From positions 248,001-312,000 of the forward strand of contig JAANOX010000004.1 in assembly GCA_020184695.1 (NCBI GenBank): a DNA stretch of 64,000 nt. The letters are read 5' to 3'. The notes beneath the pieces are model-generated. The model was not told where the DNA came from. It made no database searches and saw nothing but the letters and a program-made list of their open reading frames with translations. The stretch is from Histomonas meleagridis 2922-C6/04-290x. Lineage: Eukaryota > Protista > Parabasalia. Numbering within the stretch: position 1 is the first letter of the stretch; each line of letters opens with the position of its first letter. Positions 9,883 to 20,480 of the stretch are shown here, piece after piece. The position numbers and the translations under genes were made by a program.

Positions 9883-11001
9883 TTAAGTAACTGAGAAAAA
9901 GAGTTTTGATATCGTATATCGAGATCTGCTATGATGATCGAAAATCACTTCTTCACAACCTTCATCGCCGAACTTAGGAACCTTTCCACAGCAAGAGTAC
10001 TTCACGAATATCATCTTGCTACCGTCTGGCATTGTTTCTTCCATTTCCATTTTTCCATTTGGCATCACTTTTCTTTCACCTTTATGCTCGAAATGCCTAC
10101 ATTCGACGTTATCAGCGTCAAACATTTCGCTCATTAGATACTTATGGCAAAACTCGCACTGGATTAGTTGCATTTTCTCGAAAATTTCGTTGCATTTTGA
10201 TTCGAAAATTTTTCTGTACTTTACACCGGGCTGATTGGGAATTGCCCAAATTGCGAAAGAAGCGCTTTCCTCGTTTTGGAAGTCGTCTGTCCTGATCATT
10301 GCGAAGCCTAATTCATTGGACATTTCTTGGACTTTATAAATATCACAACATGATGAATCAACATATAAAAATTGTGCAACTTCAAGTTTGATGGATGAAA
10401 ATACATTTAATGCAAGTTTAACTTGGCTTAAGATTAATTGTGCAGTGGCAATATTTGTGTCAGCAAAGCTTATCTTGACAGATTTGTTGGGCTCTGAAAC
10501 TTCAAAAGCAACTGGAAAATCTGCAAGAAGTGCGAGATTGTAGATAGTCTTTTTGGCTTCAAATTTTTTATGGTAGTTGCATTGCTCTTCTTTAGTTTGG
10601 TTAGTTGCAAATATCTCTATTAAAAATAATGCTTGTGGATAATTAATAACAAATTGATTTAAATGAAATGCTTCAATTGGTACTGGTTGAAGCGTTTTAC
10701 CAAATAGTTCAGGTTGAAATTCTGGAATCTTTCGAATATCTGAAAAATCATCAATCGGAATTTCAAGGCAAAGAGATAAGTATGAAGCAGCACGCTTTTG
10801 GAAGTTGTTCAACACAGGAGCGCCAGGCACAACCTTTTCTGGTTTAGGACTTTCGATTTCTTCAAAGTTGAATTGATAAACAGAATCATCAATTGGAACG
10901 CCAAGTTTTCGGAAAATACACTCCCTTACCTTCGAAAGAATTTCATCATTTGAAGAAATGGTGAGTGCATTTCCAGATTTTGAGCACGAAATATTTTCCA
11001 T
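9883..11001 (-). CDS. Hypothetical protein with a C-terminal Cys/His zinc-finger-like motif
   Basis: ATG at 11001; CEFC...CRHFEH...YSCCG...GCEEVIFDHH near the C-terminus. Confidence 0.7.
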   Translation of the reverse strand: MENISCSKSGNALTISSNDEILSKVRECIFRKLGVPIDDSVYQFNFEEIESPKPEKVVPGAPVLNNFQKRAASYLSLCLEIPIDDFSDIRKIPEFQPELFGKTLQPVPIEAFHLNQFVINYPQALFLIEIFATNQTKEEQCNYHKKFEAKKTIYNLALLADFPVAFEVSEPNKSVKISFADTNIATAQLILSQVKLALNVFSSIKLEVAQFLYVDSSCCDIYKVQEMSNELGFAMIRTDDFQNEESASFAIWAIPNQPGVKYRKIFESKCNEIFEKMQLIQCEFCHKYLMSEMFDADNVECRHFEHKGERKVMPNGKMEMEETMPDGSKMIFVKYSCCGKVPKFGDEGCEEVIFDHHSRSRYTISKLFFSVT

Positions 11002-11290
11002 CAGCTGTTTGTATTTATAAAAAGTGGCAATCAAAAAGTTAGAAACGGTCAAATTTCATACAAATTCTCCAATTCAATTTAACGGTTTCCCAAATCCAAA
11101 AACGAAAAATTCATCTTAGCTGTTGGCGTTAAACAAAAAGAAGGTTTACAATAGAACAAATTTAATTCTTACTTTCGGCCTCAAACAATTTTGTAAAGTA
11201 AATTCTAAATTTAATCATTCAAATACAAATATTACCATCAAAGGAAGTGCTCTCTCTGTGAATTCTTTTGGTCATCTTATTGCTTTTTAC

Positions 11291-12193
11291 TTATTTAAAT
11301 TGAAATTTGATTCCATTTGGGCAAATCAAATCAAGATTAAGAGGCCATACTTCCTTGTGGCTGTTCCTTCTATGTACACGGTCAATGGTTTCCTTCCATT
11401 TGTTCCATTGCTCAAGGTTTTCGGCGTCAAGAGTTTTGACCCAATTTTCGCAATCTTCCTTTTTGTTGAGAAGCTCAATGTAAAGCTCAGCGAAGTCGTA
11501 TGGGAATCCGAGTTCATCTTCGTCTGTTTGTCCTTCCCATAAATCTGCTGAAGGAGGTGCAACAATGATTGAATCGATAACTCCAATTTCCTTTGCGACT
11601 GCTCTAACTTCAGACTTATGAAGATCATGGATTAGTTGTACATCACTTGTTCCATCGCCAGCCTTGCAAAAGTAATATAAGTATCCGTCTTCATCGTAAT
11701 TTCCTGTTCCAAGAACAATGGATGGAATCTTTTGTGAGCCGAGTAATTGGCAAATGTAGTAAGCAACAGGAGTTCTCATGTAAGAGCGAAGTTGACCAGT
11801 AGCAAATGCTGGTGCTTCTTTAATTCCAAGCGCTTGATCAACAATTGGATGGAGAAGATCGAAAACAGCTGTTTGGTCAACAGTTACATAGTCAATTCCA
11901 AGAGCTTCGCAAAGGTCACGACCACGATTTTGAATGCTAGCTGTACTATGGATTGGTTGAAGAATTGCAAGTACCTTGGTGATTGGACTTCCTTCCATTT
12001 CCATGGCTTTTTTGGCAAGAACAAGAGTGACAGCTGAGTCAATTCCACCACTGCAATTAACAACACATCCTTTTAATCCAGATCTCTTCATGTATTCGTT
12101 AAAGAGAGCACACTTTTGTTGTACCCATTGTGAAGCATTGAAGTTACGAGAGGCACGGATTTCTTGGAGCTTTGCTTGGAGCTGAGGAAGCAT
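11291..12193 (-). CDS. nadE: Single-domain (ammonia-dependent type) NAD+ synthetase
   Basis: SGGIDSAV PP-loop, GTGNYDE, KAGDG..D, DLHKSEVRAVA, PSADLWEGQTDEDELG; ATG at 12193; no glutaminase domain. Confidence 0.9.
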   Translation of the reverse strand: MLPQLQAKLQEIRASRNFNASQWVQQKCALFNEYMKRSGLKGCVVNCSGGIDSAVTLVLAKKAMEMEGSPITKVLAILQPIHSTASIQNRGRDLCEALGIDYVTVDQTAVFDLLHPIVDQALGIKEAPAFATGQLRSYMRTPVAYYICQLLGSQKIPSIVLGTGNYDEDGYLYYFCKAGDGTSDVQLIHDLHKSEVRAVAKEIGVIDSIIVAPPSADLWEGQTDEDELGFPYDFAELYIELLNKKEDCENWVKTLDAENLEQWNKWKETIDRVHRRNSHKEVWPLNLDLICPNGIKFQFK

Positions 12194-13193
12194 TTGTTTT
12201 TTGTGCTTTTGAGTGGTCAGAAGCTTTGAATCGGATATCAACTTTTTGAACTACTTTTGACCGTTATTCCATTTTTTGTTTATATATAAACGGGATCGTT
12301 CATAATAATTCATCACAATGCAGTAGAATTATCTGCAAAAAAAGGCAAACTAAACAATGCATATATTAAAATTTTTATCAAATATTTTTAGATTTTGAGA
12401 TATTATCAAATCATGAATTTAACTAAAAAGACTAAAAGATAAATTCGATTTTAATTGCATTTATCTAATCACATGGATTACCAATGTGTTATTTATCCTA
12501 TTTTAAGAAATCATAATATTATATATTACATATTTAATATTCTTGTTTTATTTTTAACACTTATACATACTATTAACTTTTCGTTGTTGTTTAGGCCTCA
12601 GATGCTTTACAAAATATAACAAAAATTTGATGAAAGATCGTTCATTAGCAATAATTGGGATGCACTTTTTGAGGGCAGTCATTTGTCAACTAGATTTGAG
12701 AAAAGATTTTTTCTCCTTCAAAGTCACAGAAAAAACTAGACATCCTGCCAAAATTGTGACAACAGAAATTTATAACCATTTCATCGTCGTGAAATTCAAA
12801 TCGATGCCTATCGAATGTTATCGACCAAAAGATCCCCCAACAAAATGTGGTTATTCTAACACTTTAAACTCTTTTTTATGGTTATAACCGCATAAGATAA
12901 CACGTGTGTGTTTTTCCTCGAGAAAGTGATGAGCGTATGTGTTGTTTTAATATTAATACATATCTTAAGATACTCATTGAGTTTGACATAATAGCCACTT
13001 AAATCAAATATAATATTCGATTATATACAAATAAAATAGTGTCAATGATAAAATCTGAAAAATATTCTTATTTTATTGCATTTTCAGGAATTTTGCACAG
13101 TTATAAATTTCTGTTTTTTTTTGTAAATTGCATGTATTCAAAAAAGTCGATAATTTGAAAAGTTTATCAATTTAAAACTTTTGATGAAAATTT

Positions 13194-16100
13194 TTGAATG
13201 CTTTTGAGCAGTTTTTTTGTAATACAACTCCATCGATTCAATTCGAAGCTACAAATATCATGGAAAAAAATTCAACAAATGCAACTGCAGGTGATGAAAT
13301 CATAAAAAAATATGGTGAAGAAATTTCAAGCTATTTTTCACCATCTTCTAGTCACAAGATATCTTGGTGGGGAAGAAATTCAGCAAAGTCATCTATTTTG
13401 AAAAACATTATCAACATGAGGGACGAGGTTATTCAAAGAAGAGATTTGAGCATAGACAATTTTAGACAAGTTCTATCACTTTATTCGACTTTTTTTGGAA
13501 TGACTTGTGACCAAGAGCTTAAGAACGAAGCGTGGTGCTCCATGGTCAATGTTATAGGTGCCATTAAGTATCCTATTTTTAATGAAATTTCAAATTTTCT
13601 TAAAGGTCCATTAACAAGTAAGAATGGTTCTACCCAAAATGACGTCAAAAAGCGATGTGAATTGTTATTTCAAACAGCGGAAAATCAAATTGATCTCAGC
13701 GAATTTCAATATTGGTGGAAAATCATTGGGATATGTGTTTTACCACGTTTTTTTGACAAAGGCGCCGCTGAAGATGTACGTAATCTTCGTGAGGAAATTG
13801 CATTTCGTTTTGTCAAATTAATAGTCAATGTCATAGGCAACAATAATTTTACTAAAGAACAAATATTCATCACGGATGACGACGGCAAATTACACATTCA
13901 TAATTTTGAAGGTATTTTTTCATCTATTGCCAACTGTCTCCAACATTGCACAGATCGTCAAACCTTTTATCTTCTTTACAACTTTTTCTTCTATATGTTT
14001 CCGATCAGGTCCATCTGTTCATATGATAATGAGCCCATTCGCGAAGAATATCGATTTTCAGTCTATCTTCCAGATTTCTCAGCTTCCTCAATTTCTCAAT
14101 TTTTACTTCTTTTATCGCCCACAGAGTCCACCTTCTATATGGATTTGATGAATATCAGCTTTCTAATCATCCATTTTTATTTTAATCAAATTCAAATATG
14201 CAAAAATAGCAAAATCGAAAACATATCCAATCACTTAATGGCGCAACTATTACGTACATATGCATTATTTTGCAGTGTGTTAAACTTAGATTTCTTTAAG
14301 GACAAAGCGGAAAACATTTTTTTGTATATATTTAGTTCACAAGAACATGAAATGATTCCATTTATGATCGATTTCTTTCTTTCGATTTTATTATATCAAG
14401 ACAAATATAACTTTAATATGGACGTCTTTGTATCATTTTTAGAGAAAGCGAAACTTAATGAAGAACAAAATCAAGTATCGACAATAAAATTAATGCAAAA
14501 GATATCATCACAATTAGCAACTGTATTTTCGTTACGTTTATATGAATTAGAGAAAAAAGAAATCGTAAATAATCCAATTCTATTCGAGTTTCATCATGTT
14601 CGTTCAACTTCAAATATAATTTTCGAAAACAAAAAAATTTATTTTGTTAATTTCCCAAAAATTAATTGGTCAATTGACGTCATCAAGTCATTTTTATATA
14701 AGTTCTTCTCAAAATGCGACCCTATAGTTGATGGCATTGTTAGCTCTTCATTTTCTAATACATTATATGAAATTTCACAATATTTTTGTGTTCAGAACAT
14801 TGAAATCATTTACGAATTTTTTATTCCTTATTTATTGAGAAGTTTACAGCAAAAGTGGAACAGCTTACAAATGGAAATTGTTTCAAACCTTATCGAAAGT
14901 GCTTATGAATTAAATTATTTAAATTATGAAATGTCGAAAGATTATATATTATTATTAGAAAGAGAATTAAAAAAGAAATCAACTGAAGTCGATGTAATAT
15001 TTTATTCGATAAATTCATTTTTAAAAGTAATTCCATTATCACTTGGATTAATTAATTATATAATTGTACCAATTACTAATATTCCGACTTTTAATCAAGA
15101 ACAAATATCAATAATTATATCATTTTTAACTTCTTCGATATTAATATCAATGTTTTTAAAGAATAAAAATAAAATTATCGAAAAAATTATTTCGAATTCA
15201 AGTTCTTGGTTTCTTTTACCTTTAGAAGAGAATAAAAATAAGGATGAAATAGAAAATATTTTCTTCCTTTTATTATTAGGGTTAATATTCTCTGATGAAA
15301 CACAAAATTATAAATTAACTAAATTTAATACTATTTATCAAATATTTTTGGATGAATTTGGTAACAATTTGAACTTCATTCAAAAATTAACAATATTAAT
15401 TCAATACTCTGAAATAATTTCTAAGAAAATCCCAAACTTTTTCAAAATGTTACTCGACGAAATTGACAGGTTTATCGAAAAATTGGCTGACGTTTTGTGT
15501 GAGACGTTAAGGCTACTTGTCAACTTTTTGATTGATTTGATGACGGTTACCAAAGAAAAAGAAATATTTAACAAATGTTATGATATTATAAATCATTTAT
15601 CACATCATGTTCAAGAATCAAACGCTATAATAGCGAATAATATTGATTTGTTCTTATTGAATTTCCAAAAGACAAGATGGGAAAGTAATAATATCAATTA
15701 TAATGATCAAAAGAATAAAACACCTAAAAACGATAAAAGTAAAAACAACAAAAATGAAAATGTCGAATATTACATCGCTAAGAACAATCGAATTCATCAT
15801 TGTCGAATCAAAGAAAATGAAATTTATATTGACTCATTCAATACATTAAACTCATCATCATATAAAATTCAAACTGAAGGAAACTGTATATCCAACTCGC
15901 GACTTTATCTGTTAAATTCCACGTTTTTATCTGTTGATGGTGTTGAGCCAGCATTAAATACTGAAGAACGATATTCATTTCTATCAAACAATTCACCGAA
16001 ATTTAGAATAAACATTGGAATATTATTATATGGGTACACTCAAAAGAATAATTTGAAACATTTTATTCAAGAAATTCGAAAAATTAAACATCCAAGATAT

Positions 16101-16418
16101 GACATATCTTTCTCATTAACTGAAAAATCAACAGACGTATTGATTGTTTGGTTGGACCCTTCTAAAAGAATATCCGAATTTAGGATCACTGATGACTTTA
16201 AATATGTAAAAATTTTCATTTTCATTCAAGAACGATCAAAAGGTTTACTATGGGCGAACGTTTATAACTGCAACGGTTATCGTGTAAACTATGGAATTCT
16301 GGGTCGAAAGCCAATAATATTACCAATAAGAATTTTGCCTTATGTTATTGGTTGGTCAAGTGTACTTTTGTCTTTAGACCTTATTAACACTAAGAATAGC
16401 ACAAATAGGTTTTATTGA
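13194..16418 (+). CDS. Large helical-repeat protein, possibly with a degenerate C-terminal Rap/Ran-GAP-like (RalGAP/tuberin-like) region
   Basis: 1074-codon open frame; first in-frame ATG at 13260; C-terminal DVLIVW...VKIFIFI...LPYVI pattern only loosely resembles Rap-GAP. Product is tentative. Confidence 0.6.
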   Translation: MNAFEQFFCNTTPSIQFEATNIMEKNSTNATAGDEIIKKYGEEISSYFSPSSSHKISWWGRNSAKSSILKNIINMRDEVIQRRDLSIDNFRQVLSLYSTFFGMTCDQELKNEAWCSMVNVIGAIKYPIFNEISNFLKGPLTSKNGSTQNDVKKRCELLFQTAENQIDLSEFQYWWKIIGICVLPRFFDKGAAEDVRNLREEIAFRFVKLIVNVIGNNNFTKEQIFITDDDGKLHIHNFEGIFSSIANCLQHCTDRQTFYLLYNFFFYMFPIRSICSYDNEPIREEYRFSVYLPDFSASSISQFLLLLSPTESTFYMDLMNISFLIIHFYFNQIQICKNSKIENISNHLMAQLLRTYALFCSVLNLDFFKDKAENIFLYIFSSQEHEMIPFMIDFFLSILLYQDKYNFNMDVFVSFLEKAKLNEEQNQVSTIKLMQKISSQLATVFSLRLYELEKKEIVNNPILFEFHHVRSTSNIIFENKKIYFVNFPKINWSIDVIKSFLYKFFSKCDPIVDGIVSSSFSNTLYEISQYFCVQNIEIIYEFFIPYLLRSLQQKWNSLQMEIVSNLIESAYELNYLNYEMSKDYILLLERELKKKSTEVDVIFYSINSFLKVIPLSLGLINYIIVPITNIPTFNQEQISIIISFLTSSILISMFLKNKNKIIEKIISNSSSWFLLPLEENKNKDEIENIFFLLLLGLIFSDETQNYKLTKFNTIYQIFLDEFGNNLNFIQKLTILIQYSEIISKKIPNFFKMLLDEIDRFIEKLADVLCETLRLLVNFLIDLMTVTKEKEIFNKCYDIINHLSHHVQESNAIIANNIDLFLLNFQKTRWESNNINYNDQKNKTPKNDKSKNNKNENVEYYIAKNNRIHHCRIKENEIYIDSFNTLNSSSYKIQTEGNCISNSRLYLLNSTFLSVDGVEPALNTEERYSFLSNNSPKFRINIGILLYGYTQKNNLKHFIQEIRKIKHPRYDISFSLTEKSTDVLIVWLDPSKRISEFRITDDFKYVKIFIFIQERSKGLLWANVYNCNGYRVNYGILGRKPIILPIRILPYVIGWSSVLLSLDLINTKNSTNRFY

Positions 16419-16659
16419 AGCCTATATTATAATAATAAATTTGATATATATAATTTTTTGTTTATTTAATTTTAATGAAATATTTTGTTTTAGATGTGAA
16501 ATAGATATGAAAACTATCAATAAATCGAATCTAAATACAATGGAAAGATGTATGTGAAATGATAACATTTTCCCGAAGTAAATCATATAAAAAGTTATAA
16601 ATTCAGAACTATAATTTTTCGTTGTATTCAAATCTGCCGGTTATAACCACAGCATAGAA

Positions 16660-17625
16660 ATGGTGTGCGTAGACAATATCAACGGAAATATTCTTAATCG
16701 ATGTATTACCGTTGAGGATTATGGCCCCCTTAGAGAATTTACGCAGACATTCTTCAATATAGTTTACCCAGCAATCTTTACATCTGTTATTATTATTCTG
16801 ATAACTTTACTTCCATTTATTTTTGAGCTTTCATCAAAGCAATTATACAGAAAGTCACTTAGGTTATATAACATCGTAAGATTTACTCTTTTATCTCTGT
16901 TCCATCGTGTTGCGTATTGTTACACAGTTTGTTCTATTCTTCGTTATTTAATTAATCAACCAGCTCCATGTTCATGCGGCAAAATTTCTAGCAGTAAGAC
17001 ACAGAATCAACCTTATATGTATACATGTACAGCAGTTATGGTTGCGATGACCCTTTTTGATTTCCACCAATTTTCACCCAAATTCTTCTATATCCTTGGC
17101 GCCTTCATTCTTGTTTTCCCAAGTCTTTTTTACATGCTTTCCGGGTGGGCCTCATTAGGGCAAATATTATTTACCACATTTCTTTCCATAGGCCTTCACA
17201 TATACTCATCCAAGACATCCAATCGTGTTATGTTTGTTGAATCCATCATTCTTTTCCTAGCAAATTTGATTGGCATGATTGTAATTACATACGATAAAAA
17301 AAATCTCACCAACTTCTCAGTCAGAGATTCACCGGCGTCACTGATGATCAGAGGTGCATTGTGCGCTCTTTTTGTCGTTGCACATGACCTTCTTTTCCTC
17401 ATCGAGAACAAATGGGGATATTTCACAATAAAGTCCGGAATGCTAATTGTCGAAAATGAGCAGACAAATATCCGCTCTGCAATTATGTCTTCCGATGATG
17501 AGGTTGCTATGTTCCATAAGACGCTGAAAAATGATAAAACTTATGGAGTGGTCTTCTTTGTCGTAATGATCCTTTTGAAGTCGTGTGAATATATTGCGAA
17601 TAATGAGGTAAATAAAAGAAACTAA
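16660..17625 (+). CDS. Multi-pass membrane protein, degenerate PAP2/dolichyl-diphosphatase-like
   Basis: About 7 hydrophobic segments; RYLINQPAP and YMLSGWASLGQIL sit where the PAP2 C1 and C3 motifs would be. Confidence 0.65.
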   Translation: MVCVDNINGNILNRCITVEDYGPLREFTQTFFNIVYPAIFTSVIIILITLLPFIFELSSKQLYRKSLRLYNIVRFTLLSLFHRVAYCYTVCSILRYLINQPAPCSCGKISSSKTQNQPYMYTCTAVMVAMTLFDFHQFSPKFFYILGAFILVFPSLFYMLSGWASLGQILFTTFLSIGLHIYSSKTSNRVMFVESIILFLANLIGMIVITYDKKNLTNFSVRDSPASLMIRGALCALFVVAHDLLFLIENKWGYFTIKSGMLIVENEQTNIRSAIMSSDDEVAMFHKTLKNDKTYGVVFFVVMILLKSCEYIANNEVNKRN

Positions 17626-17991
17626 AAAATTAGCGCGATCTTAATAAAGCAATTTGCAACGAATTTTCTTTTTCATAATTTTATCTATTTGGTGTGAATT
17701 TAAGAATTTTATAGATTATAATTACCAAAAATTGGAATTAATTCATTTCTTTTTTCTTATTATGAATGTGATTACTCTAAATTTTTTTGGTTATATTAAA
17801 GTCTTCTCTCAAAATTTAGATATAAATAATGAATCGTGAGCATAAAATTTTGAAATTTAGTGGATTAAAAAATTAAAACATGAGATGTTTTTTAAATGAT
17901 TTGGATCAAAAACAAAAAATCAGTGAGGAAAATGTATTTTATGAAATTTTTTTGTTTGTTTCAGAAAAATTGATGAAATAGATACACGAAT

Positions 17992-18102
17992 ATGGATGAA
18001 ACGTTTATTGAGCATTCTTTCCAAGTTCATTGCATCGAGGAATGGACTAAAACATCACAAGAATGCCCACTTTGTAAGGCTAACTGGGAACCACAAAATT
18101 AA
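17992..18102 (+). pseudogene. C-terminal half of an Rbx1/Apc11-like RING-H2 domain
   Basis: MDETFIEHSFQVHCIEEWTKTSQECPLCKANWEPQN*; the N-terminal CxxC half is absent (in-frame TGA at 17974). Confidence 0.6.
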
Positions 18103-18460
18103 TAAAAGAATCAATTAAAACGGAAAAATATTTCTCATGCATAAAATTTTGTTTTCTTCAATAACACAGACAACACAAGAAAAGTACTCAAAAAATTTTG
18201 ATCAACACATTTAGTTTACACTTCAAAGAAAAGCTTTCTGCTCATCATAACGGTTTTTGTTTGCGTGACTGCTTAAGCACAGAAATTTTTTGAGAGGTTA
18301 TTTGTTCAAGCAGATTTCAGAATTATCGAAAATTAAAAAATGTGTTTCGAAGCCAAGAGAAATTAATCTCAATACTGAAATATGTCATTGCCACCATTCT
18401 AATTGGAAAGTTAAGTATTACTTCATAACTAATTTTCTCTTTATTTAAACACATGTTTTC

Positions 18461-20371
18461 TTACAGATCATCTTGCGTCCTCAGTGCCATTTCCTTCAGC
18501 ACCCTTATCTTACTTCTTATTTCATCATTCGATGCTGTGTCCATTTCTCTTTGTTCCCATCTCCTTATGTCATATGTTGCGCATCCGAGCATTTCGCACG
18601 TAGTCATCCACGTGTGATATCTCTCGATGAGGTGGCGACGTTTTCCATCTTCGTCAACGTTCTTTTTCGGCTTTAGAAATTCATATATTCTTCTGAACTT
18701 GTTTGCCTTAAATTCGATTTGTTCAGAGCTTTTATAATTACGGACTGCTTTTTCGAGCCAACCCTTGTAATATGAAATAAGGAACCTAATTGCAATGTTT
18801 CTAATTGAAAATCCTTTGACTGAACTTGAAGCTTCATCAAGTTCTATACCAAAGTCGCGTGCAATTTTGCAACGGCGAACACTTCGACCATTGCTAACGA
18901 GCGAATCAACACGACGTTGCGAATCAGCGAGTTTTTCGCTCGTGACTTCCCAGCCGATCGTTTTGTAGTCAATTTTGAGTGGGTTGCCGTTAGACGATAG
19001 AGCTGCTGCGTTTGGAATGGGCATCAAGAAATAGTTCGTCATGAAAGAGATATCAACATTTTGATACCTATTGGTAGGAACAGCAAACCTTAGGAATTCA
19101 TCGCCACTTGCTTTATCCACAATATGAAAGACTTCATCAGTATGAACAGGAATTTGAATTTGACGTTCGGTAGCTTCGGGTTCACCTTTTTCAAAGATGA
19201 CAAAGTCATTAATGTATTGAGATCTAAGTGTTGATCCATGAGTAAGTTTTGGAATTAGTTGTAAATTTCGCTTTCCACTTGTGAAGAATATGTTCTTCTG
19301 TGCAGCACCTAGATAGCAAGCGCCTTTTGCATTTGTTGAGAATGAGTCAAGTGTGTGATGAGCTGAAATACCAAAAGTTGCACTGATACATGAAGAAATT
19401 AGTGGTGATTTTGTGGAATCTCCTACAACCTCAATTGAATCCATTCTTATATTTAGTTCTTCGATAGATTTATGGGCATCATATAGAAATTGGTAAATAT
19501 CACCTAAACAAGAGTCAAGATCTTTTCTGTTGACATTGATCGTTCTGCCATTAAAAGAAAAAGTGACGGAGGTTTTTTCCGATAGTTTCTCTTTGGCTTG
19601 ATGAACCTTTTCGAGAAATGATTCGTAGTCACGAGACTGCCTTAAATCAATAGAGTAACGTGCTGAAAGCATGTCGGCAAACTTTTCATCAATTGTTTTG
19701 CCTCCAATTGACTCGTCAAAAAATGATGCTATTTCTTCAACTGTATCTTGTGTAAATTTTGATATTGTAAATCGAGTTCCCTTAGAACCAATATCTAAAA
19801 AGCCAATGGTTTTTGGTTGTGAACTCTTGAAGTGTTCATTCCCATAAACAGCTGATGAAGTAAAAGTTGATGGAACAAATTGAATTGCGTTGATTTTGGC
19901 TATTGTAAGGGCAGAGTAGAGGAAACTCTTCTCGATTGCTGAAGTTGATGGAGGAAGGGCTATAACAACATCAATTTGATCATTAATTCTTTCAACTTCT
20001 TTTACCTTATTTATAATGTGAAGTAATTTTAATGCTGTTATTTCGTACCCATAAATGTAATCATAATATCGTTTGTTGTTAAAAGTGTTTCCTTTTATAA
20101 CTGAATCTGGATATCTTAATAAGGAATTTCGAGCTTCTTTTCCAAATTCCCAAGCAACGTTACTTAGTAATGTTTGTGGTCTTAAGCTTCTTGAGTGATC
20201 ACGATTATCCCAAAAAGAGATAAAATTAGGAAACTTAGAAGATGAATCAAAAACTTTAACAATATGAATAGGTCTTCCTTGAGAACCACATGCTACTTTT
20301 ATTGTACTTTCTCCCATATCAATGCCAATAATTGTTGATAAACTGAGAACAAGAAAAACACAAGCGAACAT
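18461..20371 (-). CDS. Divergent ER-type Hsp70/GRP170-like protein with signal peptide
   Basis: Signal peptide, IIGIDMGESTIKVA phosphate-1 motif, DESIGGKTIDEKF, EVVGDSTKSP, C-terminal QDDL. Confidence 0.8.
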   Translation of the reverse strand: MFACVFLVLSLSTIIGIDMGESTIKVACGSQGRPIHIVKVFDSSSKFPNFISFWDNRDHSRSLRPQTLLSNVAWEFGKEARNSLLRYPDSVIKGNTFNNKRYYDYIYGYEITALKLLHIINKVKEVERINDQIDVVIALPPSTSAIEKSFLYSALTIAKINAIQFVPSTFTSSAVYGNEHFKSSQPKTIGFLDIGSKGTRFTISKFTQDTVEEIASFFDESIGGKTIDEKFADMLSARYSIDLRQSRDYESFLEKVHQAKEKLSEKTSVTFSFNGRTINVNRKDLDSCLGDIYQFLYDAHKSIEELNIRMDSIEVVGDSTKSPLISSCISATFGISAHHTLDSFSTNAKGACYLGAAQKNIFFTSGKRNLQLIPKLTHGSTLRSQYINDFVIFEKGEPEATERQIQIPVHTDEVFHIVDKASGDEFLRFAVPTNRYQNVDISFMTNYFLMPIPNAAALSSNGNPLKIDYKTIGWEVTSEKLADSQRRVDSLVSNGRSVRRCKIARDFGIELDEASSSVKGFSIRNIAIRFLISYYKGWLEKAVRNYKSSEQIEFKANKFRRIYEFLKPKKNVDEDGKRRHLIERYHTWMTTCEMLGCATYDIRRWEQREMDTASNDEIRSKIRVLKEMALRTQDDL

Positions 20372-20373
20372 AT

Positions 20374-20379
20374 ATGTGA
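20374..20379 (-). promoter_or_regulatory. Initiator-like element TCACAT just upstream of the Hsp70-like ATG
   Basis: Matches the trichomonad Inr consensus TCAYW; a short motif, so a chance match is possible. Confidence 0.35.
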
Positions 20380-20480
20380 AGTAATTTAGAATTTGTTCAA
20401 ACCGTTTTTTAATTGGTTTGGCGGTTTCGTTGTATTAGCGGTTGAACTTATTGATGATCGTTCTTAACGTAAAGCTTTGA

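Noticed and set aside
12926-13057. Possible C/D box snoRNA (GTGATGA ... CTGA)
   Set aside because: No terminal stem or recognisable guide; both boxes are expected by chance.
17934-17964. 31-nt GT...TTTCAG candidate intron upstream of the RING fragment
   Set aside because: No trichomonad branch-point motif, and removal does not supply the missing CxxC half.
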